DNA of 64,000 nt, from the NCBI GenBank assembly GCA_964535955.1, contig CAZHVK010000008.1, positions 1-64,000 on the forward strand, written 5' to 3'. The position numbers and the translations under genes are program-made. Of the stretch, positions 40,663 to 48,716 are shown in pieces (position 1 is the stretch's first letter; every line of letters starts with the position of its first letter). This DNA comes from an uncultured Methanosarcinales archaeon (GTDB lineage Archaea; Nanobdellota; Nanobdellia; Woesearchaeales; CAXGTL01). The notes beneath the pieces are model-generated. The model worked only from the letters and a program-made list of their open reading frames with translations. It ran no database searches and was not told the origin of the DNA.

Positions 40663-40829
40663 CATCCAAAAATCCTATTCCGTTTTGCTCGCTTTGCTCA
40701 CAAAACTCCATCTGGCCATGCCATCAATTCCTTTGGAATCAATGGCATTGATGTGTCAGAAATGTATATCATTTCTGAGCATGCTCAGAAACCTATGGTT
40801 TCTGACATCACAGACGGACATTTTGGATG
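40663..40829. repeat. Structured dispersed element family B, carrying a nested family A element (40754-40807)
   Basis: CATCCAAAA...TTTTGGATG terminal inverted repeat; homologous to 47571-47686. Confidence 0.85.
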
Positions 40830-40879
40830 AAGTCACATATACCAAAAACTATATAAACCAACCAGATTTCTTATATACT

Positions 40880-41227
40880 ATGGCTGGAATAAAGAAAAGA
40901 TTAGAAGAAGAAAAAAAACAAAAAGAACTAGAAATAAGAAGAACTAGGATGCCTAGAGATAAGCAGGTTCTTGGGATAGTTGAACAAAGATTGGGTGGTT
41001 CTAGAATGCATGTTAGGTGTCTTGATGGTAAAAATCGTATATGTAGAATACCTGGAAGATTAAAAAGAAGATTATGGGTTAGAGAAGGTAATTTTGTGAT
41101 TGTTGAACCATGGGAACTTGGTGGAGATGCAAAAGGAGATATAATTTATAAGTATAGACCTACACAAGTAGAATTCTTAAAACAAAAAGGAATGTTAAAA
41201 CAGTTAGAAGATGCTGATGAGTTTTAG
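40880..41227 (+). CDS. eif1a: Translation initiation factor aIF-1A
   Basis: [36 protein letters not shown] and KGDIIYKY motifs; start moved downstream of the repeat element. Confidence 0.95.
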   Translation: MAGIKKRLEEEKKQKELEIRRTRMPRDKQVLGIVEQRLGGSRMHVRCLDGKNRICRIPGRLKRRLWVREGNFVIVEPWELGGDAKGDIIYKYRPTQVEFLKQKGMLKQLEDADEF

Positions 41228-41700
41228 TGTTTCTTTTTAATAAAATAAATAGCTAATAATATTGCACCAATTGTTATTGCACTATCAGCTATATTGAACA
41301 CAGGCCAAATACTGATTTTTATAAAATCTGTTATTGTGCCTAAAAAGATTCTATCAATCAGATTACCAAATGCACCGCCTAAGATAAGGCTAATGCTTAT
41401 TGCTAGTTTCCTGTTTTTGATGTCTTTTAAATAATAAATTATTACACAGATAATCAGAACATTAATGATTATCATAATTGGCTGCATGTTTTTAAATAAA
41501 CCAAATGCAATGCCTGTGTTTTGTATGTGTGTTAGTTCTAATACTTTTGGTATCAATGTTTCTGATTCATGCAATGCAAAAGATGTTCTGATTAAGAATT
41601 TTGTTAATTGGTCAAGTAGAATAATGAATATTGTGATTGAGAAGATTAGTTTGTAGTATTTAATACCCTTTCCTCTGTTCTTCAAGTGCGATCTCTTCAA
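41224..41700 (-). CDS. lspA: Lipoprotein signal peptidase II
   Basis: [25 protein letters not shown] and PVFNIADS motifs; exact start uncertain. Confidence 0.92.
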   Translation of the reverse strand: MKRSHLKNRGKGIKYYKLIFSITIFIILLDQLTKFLIRTSFALHESETLIPKVLELTHIQNTGIAFGLFKNMQPIMIIINVLIICVIIYYLKDIKNRKLAISISLILGGAFGNLIDRIFLGTITDFIKISIWPVFNIADSAITIGAILLAIYFIKKKH

Positions 41701-42043
41701 TCCGTTCCAGCCTCCGACTTACATTCTCAACCATAGCTTTGATTGTATCTAGCTTTGCAAGAATTAATTCTTGATCTTTTGATGATGATGATGATGCAGG
41801 TGCTTGTTGTAACTGTGGTCTTGTTATATCTTTTACAGAAAAATCAGTAGGCGGTGACTGAGGCATTGATTGTGGATGCATGCTTGGCTGAGCTGGATTA
41901 TCAGAACCAGGAGGCATGCCAAAGCCTGAACCAAGATCTGCACCATGTTTATCATCAACACCTGGTATTGGTTTTTTAAGACTATCATCTATAAATAAAT
42001 CATCATCGTGCTTTTTCCAAAACTTTAATTTGTCAAATACCAT
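41660..42043 (-). CDS. Hypothetical protein with Pro-rich linker and C-terminal coiled coil
   Basis: [28 protein letters not shown]; coupled to both neighbours. Confidence 0.75.
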   Translation of the reverse strand: MVFDKLKFWKKHDDDLFIDDSLKKPIPGVDDKHGADLGSGFGMPPGSDNPAQPSMHPQSMPQSPPTDFSVKDITRPQLQQAPASSSSSKDQELILAKLDTIKAMVENVSRRLERIEEIALEEQRKGY

Positions 42044-42808
42044 TTATTTAAAACCTTCAACTTGATTAGGTGATTCTGGAATTAAACTTGATAATTTTTC
42101 TTTAATAAAATCTATTGAAAGATAGTCAATAACCTGAAAAGTCAGTGTTTCAGGATAAATAATGACATTTTTGCTTTTGATCTCTGTTATAAAAAATAAT
42201 GGTTCTTTTTCTATTTTTTTATTTAATAATAATATAAAAAAACTAGATTTCACATCTTCTGGAATTGCCTTATCTACTAATAATTCATTATAATCTCTTT
42301 TTATTAATTCTTGTTTTAAGATATCATCTGGCTGACTTGATTCCATAATACCTAATACAAATTCATTTGAAAATTTTTCTTTCTGAAGATCTACTTGTTC
42401 AATGTCATTAAACACATCATAATTGATTAAAATTATTTTATAATTATTTTCTAATATTTTATCAAATTCCTGGTTGCCATAGTATTGATTAAGTGTGTTG
42501 ATTTTATCTTGAGAAAGTATGTTTAATGATTCCTTTTCTTCTAATTCTTGAACTTCATTTAATTTGATTTTAATTCCTGTTAATAAACTATTATCTTTGT
42601 ATAGGATAAATAAATTATCTTTTTCTGGAAAATTTTCTTGTAAATCCATAATATCTAAGTAAACCAAATAACTAAAAACACCAAATACAACTAATAACAA
42701 AATAACAAATATTGATGCTAGTTTAAATATAGATTTGATTATCTTAAATGAAAATAAAAGAACTAATGCAATAATAATAATTGCGATTATTGACCATAAT
42801 TGCCACAT
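42044..42808 (-). CDS. Hypothetical membrane protein
   Basis: Two N-terminal TM helices; AGGTGA SD. Confidence 0.75.
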   Translation of the reverse strand: MWQLWSIIAIIIIALVLLFSFKIIKSIFKLASIFVILLLVVFGVFSYLVYLDIMDLQENFPEKDNLFILYKDNSLLTGIKIKLNEVQELEEKESLNILSQDKINTLNQYYGNQEFDKILENNYKIILINYDVFNDIEQVDLQKEKFSNEFVLGIMESSQPDDILKQELIKRDYNELLVDKAIPEDVKSSFFILLLNKKIEKEPLFFITEIKSKNVIIYPETLTFQVIDYLSIDFIKEKLSSLIPESPNQVEGFK

Positions 42809-42890
42809 TGTTTATCACCTTTTTTGTTTTTATGTTAAGTATATTAGTTTATATGATATGTGTATATAAAGGTTTTTGTAAATTATTAAT

Positions 42891-43000
42891 ATGAAACTGC
42901 CTCGTTCGCATACTCAAAGTTTGTATTGTGGTAAATTGAGTACCTGTAAAGTCTTGCGAATAAGATTATTGCTCACTGGCCTAACTGGCGGCAGTGTCAT
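42891..43000. repeat. Structured dispersed element family C
   Basis: ATGAAACTGCC...GGCAGTGTCAT closing stem; core TCGTTCGCAT.CTCAA...ATTGCTCACTGGCCT.AC.GGC shared with 59761-59882. Confidence 0.8.
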
Positions 43001-43003
43001 TAC

Positions 43004-44101
43004 TTACTCACCAACATCATACCTATAAATAGCAGCTACCATACCTAATTCTTTTAGTTGCACACCTTCTCTTGTTTCTGTTGATATTATCTTAACTTCT
43101 GACTTGAATTCTCTTGCTTTTTCTTCAAACTTTTCAATTGTTTCGTCTTTTAATGATTCTGATAATAATAATGTGTCAACAACACCCATTTCTAGTTTTT
43201 TGTAAACTTCTTTTTCACCATATCCTGCTTTTCCTGGTTCTTTTGCAAGAAATAATAAAAATCTATTCATTATCTTTTTTTCTTCTATTATTTCTTCTTT
43301 TGCTAAAACATCTTTACATTTATCAACTAGTTCTTGTAAACCAAATTCACCTGTATAGCTTAGATCTTTAGTTGCAATTATTTTATTTTTCAGTTCTGTA
43401 GTAATAAATTCAATAAAATCATGCTTTGTTGGACCAGGACCACCAACCAAGATTCCTTTTAAATCTTTCATATGCAAGAATTCGGATTTAACATAATCTG
43501 CTACTTTTTTATAATGATCTTTTGCAGCTAATTCTGTGTTACGTTCAAAACGGGCAGCGGATTGTCCCCCAGCTTTCATTTTTCCAGGAACTTGTGAATG
43601 AGTCTTTTTAAGTGGAATTATTGATTTTCCTTTTAATATTGCAATATTTGCATCTCTTCTGTCCATAACTATCAATCCATAACATTCTTTTATCTCCATC
43701 ATGTCTTCTAATGGTTCTAGAACAAAAGTCTTATCACATCGATATAATCGTTGTTTCATTGGAATTGGTGGTTCTATTGACCAAACTTCTACATCTGATC
43801 TTCCTTGTTGTCCTGAAACATTGCCTGAGAAAGCTGCCAAACCATTTGGTGGTGTTCTTTTGAACAATTTTAAGTGCTGGATCATTCTTTCTAATGCATC
43901 CTGAACATTCTTTCTTGTAGAAGATGATTTGATGTTTGATGCTGTGCCTTTTTCCTGGTCTAGGTGTTGTATGATTTTTATAATATCATAGCCCTGAGGA
44001 ATGTATACTGATACTAGTTCTGTATGGCGTCCTCTATATGAAGCTAGTTCTTTAACAAACTTCTTAAGTTCAAATTGTTGTTTTGATGTTAGTGATGCCA
44101 T
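43004..44101 (-). CDS. prf1: Peptide chain release factor aRF1
   Basis: TASNIKS, YRCD and GGQSAARF motifs. Confidence 0.97.
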   Translation of the reverse strand: MASLTSKQQFELKKFVKELASYRGRHTELVSVYIPQGYDIIKIIQHLDQEKGTASNIKSSSTRKNVQDALERMIQHLKLFKRTPPNGLAAFSGNVSGQQGRSDVEVWSIEPPIPMKQRLYRCDKTFVLEPLEDMMEIKECYGLIVMDRRDANIAILKGKSIIPLKKTHSQVPGKMKAGGQSAARFERNTELAAKDHYKKVADYVKSEFLHMKDLKGILVGGPGPTKHDFIEFITTELKNKIIATKDLSYTGEFGLQELVDKCKDVLAKEEIIEEKKIMNRFLLFLAKEPGKAGYGEKEVYKKLEMGVVDTLLLSESLKDETIEKFEEKAREFKSEVKIISTETREGVQLKELGMVAAIYRYDVGE

Positions 44102-44189
44102 AATGTATATAGAAAAAGAAGGGGTTTAAAAAGTTAACTAATAAAACCAACTAATTGAATACATAATAATAAAATAAAAAGAAAAAAAA

Positions 44190-44657
44190 TTAAGCTTCTG
44201 AAAGCTGAGCTTTGAACGACCTTCTCATGAAATAAATCAATACAAATACCCAAAATCCTATCTGGAACAGTTCTAAACCAATTGTCCATGAAGCTCTTTC
44301 TATAGCACCTTTTGTTACTTCTGCTACTGAAAATAACCCAAATACTGCATTTGCTATTTCTAGTATATTTTTGATCAAGAATCCAATTGAACCAAAAAAG
44401 ATAAATTTTGATGATTTAGATCTCATCTGCAGCACTAAAAACCCGCCAGTAAATATCAATACACTAGATGCCATAGCAATCAAACCAATAAATAAGTCAA
44501 ACATGTTCTTGCTTGTAGACACATTAAACATCTTGCTTAGTAAGTAATTAACCCATTCATATCCCCAATAAGAAAATAAACAGATTGTTATTAAAAAAAA
44601 CAATACTGAGAATATTATGACCATTGGTGGTATTTCTTTTTTCTTTATTAATGGCAT
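44190..44657 (-). CDS. Hypothetical membrane protein
   Basis: Four hydrophobic helices; GGGGTGA SD. Confidence 0.75.
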   Translation of the reverse strand: MPLIKKKEIPPMVIIFSVLFFLITICLFSYWGYEWVNYLLSKMFNVSTSKNMFDLFIGLIAMASSVLIFTGGFLVLQMRSKSSKFIFFGSIGFLIKNILEIANAVFGLFSVAEVTKGAIERASWTIGLELFQIGFWVFVLIYFMRRSFKAQLSEA

Positions 44658-44708
44658 TGTATCACCCCTTATTATTTATTAAATTAATAGACAATATATA
44701 AATGTATG

Positions 44709-44840
44709 GTATGTATTTAGTTAGTTGGCCTAAAATTTGTTTTTGAAACATTCTGTATCGTGAGATGTTCGAGGAACTGAAAACCTTATGCTTCTTATAT
44801 TACGTTTTCAGGCTCAAAAACTGGCCAACTAAATACATAC
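44709..44840. repeat. Inverted-repeat-bounded structured element
   Basis: 14-bp perfect inverted repeat GTATGTATTTAGTT/AACTAAATACATAC, extended by TTGGCC/GGCCAA; internal stems TTTTTGA/TCAAAAA and CTGAAAAC/GTTTTCAG. Confidence 0.7.
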
Positions 44841-44885
44841 AATGTATGCAAAAATTTAAATATTCATCAAGATAAACATCTAAAC

Positions 44886-45500
44886 ATGGTATTTACATTA
44901 ATGGAATTATTTGATATGGTTGTAATAACAGCTGTATTAGGTTATATATTTAAAGATTATATCAAGATAAGACATCATTCTAAGTATGAAGATGATCCTG
45001 TTAAATTCTATAAACAAAAGATTATGACTTCTAATTTTAAAATAGCTGCCTTAGTTACTGCACCAGCCATTATATTTCATGAACTAGGGCATAAGTTTAT
45101 GGCAATAGCATTTGGAATGGTTGCTCAGCTTCATGCTGCTTATACATTTTTAGGCTTAGGTTTATTATTAAAAATACTTAATTTTGGATTTATATTTTTT
45201 GTACCTGCATATGTATCTTGGGGATGTCCTGATATGGGTTGTGTTGTTTTGTTACAACAAAATCCATGGATATATTCATTAGTTGCATTTGCAGGACCTT
45301 TTGTTAATGGTTTGATATGGTTAATATGTTATTTTGTGATAAAATATTCTATGGTCAAGCCTAAGTATTTGCCTATAATTGGTTTGACAAAAAGGATAAA
45401 TGGGTTTTTGTTTATATTCAACTTATTGCCAATACCAATGTTTGATGGATGGCATGTGTATAGTGGGTTATGGGAGACTATTAAGTTAATGATGATTTAG
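44886..45500 (+). CDS. M50 family (site-2) membrane metalloprotease
   Basis: HELGH, AFAGP and NLLPIPMFDG motifs. Confidence 0.9.
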   Translation: MVFTLMELFDMVVITAVLGYIFKDYIKIRHHSKYEDDPVKFYKQKIMTSNFKIAALVTAPAIIFHELGHKFMAIAFGMVAQLHAAYTFLGLGLLLKILNFGFIFFVPAYVSWGCPDMGCVVLLQQNPWIYSLVAFAGPFVNGLIWLICYFVIKYSMVKPKYLPIIGLTKRINGFLFIFNLLPIPMFDGWHVYSGLWETIKLMMI

Positions 45501-45671
45501 TGGATTTTGCTGAATATTATTATTAAAAATAGCATAAATTCTATGTTTTTAGAGCTTCTAAATGCCTTATTGATGTGTTTAAAATGGTTGCTGGGAAGGC
45601 TTCTAAGGCCCTTAAGAGGCATTTTAAAGGAGTTTTAACTCTTTGGTAGTAAATTATCGAAAGATTTAAAT

Positions 45672-45690
45672 AGTAGTATTTCTTACTACT
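45672..45690. promoter_or_regulatory. Putative operator (7-5-7 inverted repeat) between TATA box and RHH gene
   Basis: AGTAGTA-tttct-TACTACT directly after TTTAAATA. Confidence 0.5.
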
Positions 45691-45697
45691 TTATACT

Positions 45698-45847
45698 ATG
45701 AAGATAAAAGTCTCAGTATCAATGGAACAAGACACAATGAAGAGAGTTTCTGAAAAAGTAGGCTTAGGTGTGTTTAGAAATAAGAGTCATTTTATTGAAA
45801 TGGCTGTGTTGAAGTTGTTGGAGGAAAATCAAATTGACAATACTTAG
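45698..45847 (+). CDS. Ribbon-helix-helix (CopG/Arc/MetJ-like) protein, 49 aa
   Basis: Below the ORF-track length cutoff: MKIKVSVSMEQDTMKRVSEKVGLGVFRNKSHFIEMAVLKLLEENQIDNT. It has an alternating beta-strand followed by G.F.N.S..IE.A. Confidence 0.8.
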   Translation: MKIKVSVSMEQDTMKRVSEKVGLGVFRNKSHFIEMAVLKLLEENQIDNT

Positions 45848-46823
45848 AATACAAGCAGGAGATTTTCAAGACTCTAAGCAAGGAATGCAAGGTAATTTAT
45901 CTAAATTAGAAACTATTGTTAAACATGCAAATGCTGTGGTTGCAAGTGGTGAAACCTTAGCAGGTGTTGATATTGTTGGTGATTGGTATGATCAGCATAA
46001 TTCTGAATTAGTTCAGAAAATACAACAACAAAAAATGCAAGAACTTGAACAAAAGAATCCTGAAGCATCTAAACTTATTCAAAATTATTTTGGATTTCAA
46101 CAAACACTTCAGGAAAAGTACAAAACAACATTTCAAAGACAAGAAGATTATCAAAAATTAAGTAAAGAAGATCTGGAAAAAATTCAAGAAATATCAAAAG
46201 CAATGCAAGAAAACCCAGATGCAATTCAATGTCTTATGCCGGATTATCTTCAAGCGTCTAAAATCATATATAATGAACAAAAAAAGATTTTAACTAAATT
46301 AGATGATAATATTAAAATATACAGTGTAAGAGGTAATTGTGATACTAACTGTATAAGTGATGTACTTGAATCTGTTAGATTTATTGATATGGAAGATAAA
46401 TTAACTGAAGAAGGTGCTTTTACAATACTAGGTGCTAATAATACAAATATCCCAGCTGAAAATCCTTATCAAGGAACTGATTATGGAATTGAATATGATG
46501 ATGATTCTGACTTAAACAAAAGTGTTGCTTATCAAAAATATAATTTAGCAAAAACAGGTAAAAAAGCTAATATTATGATGCTTCATGGACCACCTGCTGA
46601 TATTGAAATGAGAGGCAGTCATGATAAAGGAATGGGAGTTGGTATTCCTCAACTAATAAAAGAACACAAACCAGGACTAGTAGAGTGCGGACACTTTCAT
46701 AAAGCTGCGATTGATACAATAGATGGAGTTGTATATGCAAGATCATCTCCTTATGTATTCTATGAGCATGAGTTTAGTGATGAAGGAGTTTATCTAGGTA
46801 GTGCAATATTGGAATATGTATAA
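45834..46823 (+). CDS. Calcineurin-like metallophosphoesterase with helical Q/E-rich insertion
   Basis: GD, VGD, RGNCD, HGPP and CGHFH motifs; TTG start after GGAGG, overlapping the RHH gene. Confidence 0.8.
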   Translation: MTILRIQAGDFQDSKQGMQGNLSKLETIVKHANAVVASGETLAGVDIVGDWYDQHNSELVQKIQQQKMQELEQKNPEASKLIQNYFGFQQTLQEKYKTTFQRQEDYQKLSKEDLEKIQEISKAMQENPDAIQCLMPDYLQASKIIYNEQKKILTKLDDNIKIYSVRGNCDTNCISDVLESVRFIDMEDKLTEEGAFTILGANNTNIPAENPYQGTDYGIEYDDDSDLNKSVAYQKYNLAKTGKKANIMMLHGPPADIEMRGSHDKGMGVGIPQLIKEHKPGLVECGHFHKAAIDTIDGVVYARSSPYVFYEHEFSDEGVYLGSAILEYV

Positions 46824-46884
46824 TTAATGTTTTGTTCTAAATTGATTTAAGATGTAGAATTTATTATTTTATACTAAAATCAAT

Positions 46885-47508
46885 TCATTTCCCCTTATCA
46901 TGCTCCCACTTAGGATCACCAGGTTTGTAACGACCAACTTCTTTTGATCCAGGTGTTCTTGATTTTGTTTCTGCTTTGTTTGCTTTTTGTGCCTTTTTGT
47001 CCTTTTTCTTTTTTTTGTCTTTTTTGTCACGAGTTATGTAATAAATAATAGCAGCAAAAATAGCAAGAACAAGAATTATCTCAAACGGAATAAATGAAGA
47101 AATCTTTTCACCAACTACAATAATATTAATATTCATGATCTTAAGCACGATCAAGATTATAATCACCAATAAACTAAGGATAATCCATTTATTAAATTCA
47201 TGATCTTTTAAGAATATGCTTGATATTAATTGAAACAAAAATATGAATACAAGTAATAAAGCAACATAATATAGTAAAAGGTTTAGTTTAGATACAAGAG
47301 ATTGAACAGCAACAAATGTAAACCCGCATACAAATGCAATTATTGCATGAACTTTTGTAACATCATTGTGGTCTCTGTTTTTTCCAAATATCATTGCTTT
47401 TTCTAGAATTCCAAAGATAACAACAAATATAAACATAAAAGGTAAGATAACATTCATAAAGCCTATTTTTTCTAATAATAATATTGTGTTTCTAAATATA
47501 TTAATCAT
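46885..47508 (-). CDS. Hypothetical membrane protein
   Basis: Multiple TM helices (ILPFMFIFVVIFGILEK) and a basic tail; the track's upstream extension is translated repeat sequence. Confidence 0.75.
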   Translation of the reverse strand: MINIFRNTILLLEKIGFMNVILPFMFIFVVIFGILEKAMIFGKNRDHNDVTKVHAIIAFVCGFTFVAVQSLVSKLNLLLYYVALLLVFIFLFQLISSIFLKDHEFNKWIILSLLVIIILIVLKIMNINIIVVGEKISSFIPFEIILVLAIFAAIIYYITRDKKDKKKKKDKKAQKANKAETKSRTPGSKEVGRYKPGDPKWEHDKGK

Positions 47509-47570
47509 AATATATTTTTTGTTATGCTGGTTTATATATCTTTTTGTTTTTTTTGAGTTAAATAAGGCTC

Positions 47571-47686
47571 TATCCAAAAATCCTACTACGTTTCGTCTCA
47601 CTAATCGTTCGACGAAACTTCGTCTGGCCATGCCATCAATGACAAGTCATTGCTGTCATTGCTGGCACAGACGGATATTTTGGATA
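47571..47686. repeat. Structured dispersed element family B
   Basis: TATCCAAAA...TTTTGGATA inverted repeat; GTTTCGTC/GACGAAAC hairpin; CGTCTG/CAGACG stem; homologous to 40663-40829. Confidence 0.85.
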
Positions 47687-47723
47687 AAGCTATAAAATAA
47701 ACCAAAATCTTTAAAAACCAACT

Positions 47724-48689
47724 ATGTTATCAATAGAAAATATGAGTAAATTACTAAAATTTTATGAAAAAGAATACAAAAAATTATTGATTATACCATT
47801 ACTTTTAATATTACTAGCTGTAGTACAAATAGGTTATCAATACAATACAACAGGGGACTTTCTTAATAGGGGTGTTGGACTTAAAGGTGGTACAACAATA
47901 ACAATAAATCATGTTTCATATTCAGGAACAGAAATACATGATGCTATAATCAAAGAATTTTCAGATGCTGACACAAATATAAGAACACAGGCATCTTTGG
48001 GCAGGATTTCTGGTTATATTGTTGATGTTGACATTGATACTGCTAATAATCAAGAAAATAAAGAAAAACTAATATACTTACTAGATGAACTTTATCCTGA
48101 TACTGTAACAAATGAAGAAGGTGTAGAAGAAAAATTATATAAATTAGGTACTATGGGTTCATCACTTGGTGAAAATTTCTTTAAACAAACTTCAATTGCA
48201 TTAGTAATTGCGTTTTTGTTAATGGGTTTGGTTGTTTTGATTTATTTTAGAACAATTATACCAAGCTTGGCTGTAATCTTATCAGCTGCATCTGATATAG
48301 TTATCACACTAGCAATTGTAAATTTATTAGGCATGAAATTAAGCACTGCAGGAATTGCTGGATTTTTATTATTAATAGGTTATTCTGTTGATACTGACAT
48401 ATTATTAACAACAAAAGTGTTAAAGACTAAAACTGGAAATATAATGGATAAAGTAATGGTTGCTATGAAAACAGGATTAAAAATGTCTATAACAACAATA
48501 TTTGCTGTGATTGCTGCCTTAATGTTTTCATTATCAGTTGAAATAAAACAAATTATGACTATTGTTTTGATAGGATTATTAATTGATCTGATCAATACAT
48601 GGATACAAAATGTTGGATTGTTAAGATGGTATCTTGAGAAAAAATCTAAAAAAACAAGTAAAAAAGAGCACGTTATAAAATATTTTTAA
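47724..48689 (+). CDS. secF: Protein translocase subunit SecF
   Basis: GLKGGT, IAGFLLLIGYSVDTDILLT and six TM helices. Confidence 0.93.
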   Translation: MLSIENMSKLLKFYEKEYKKLLIIPLLLILLAVVQIGYQYNTTGDFLNRGVGLKGGTTITINHVSYSGTEIHDAIIKEFSDADTNIRTQASLGRISGYIVDVDIDTANNQENKEKLIYLLDELYPDTVTNEEGVEEKLYKLGTMGSSLGENFFKQTSIALVIAFLLMGLVVLIYFRTIIPSLAVILSAASDIVITLAIVNLLGMKLSTAGIAGFLLLIGYSVDTDILLTTKVLKTKTGNIMDKVMVAMKTGLKMSITTIFAVIAALMFSLSVEIKQIMTIVLIGLLIDLINTWIQNVGLLRWYLEKKSKKTSKKEHVIKYF

Positions 48690-48716
48690 AATAATAAAAT
48701 TAAAAATTTTGATAAA

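Noticed and set aside
40643..40879. 79-aa N-terminal extension of aIF-1A
   Set aside because: It is a translation of the family B/A repeat element; a TATA-like box lies just upstream of the ATG at 40880.
45520..45650. Possible hairpins after the M50 protease gene (AAATGCCT/AGGCATTT; AAAGGAGTT/AACTCTTT)
   Set aside because: Short imperfect stems with no second copy, compatible with chance or a terminator.
47509..47631. N-terminal extension MARRSFVERLVRRN of the membrane protein
   Set aside because: It is translated family B repeat; the plausible start is 47508.
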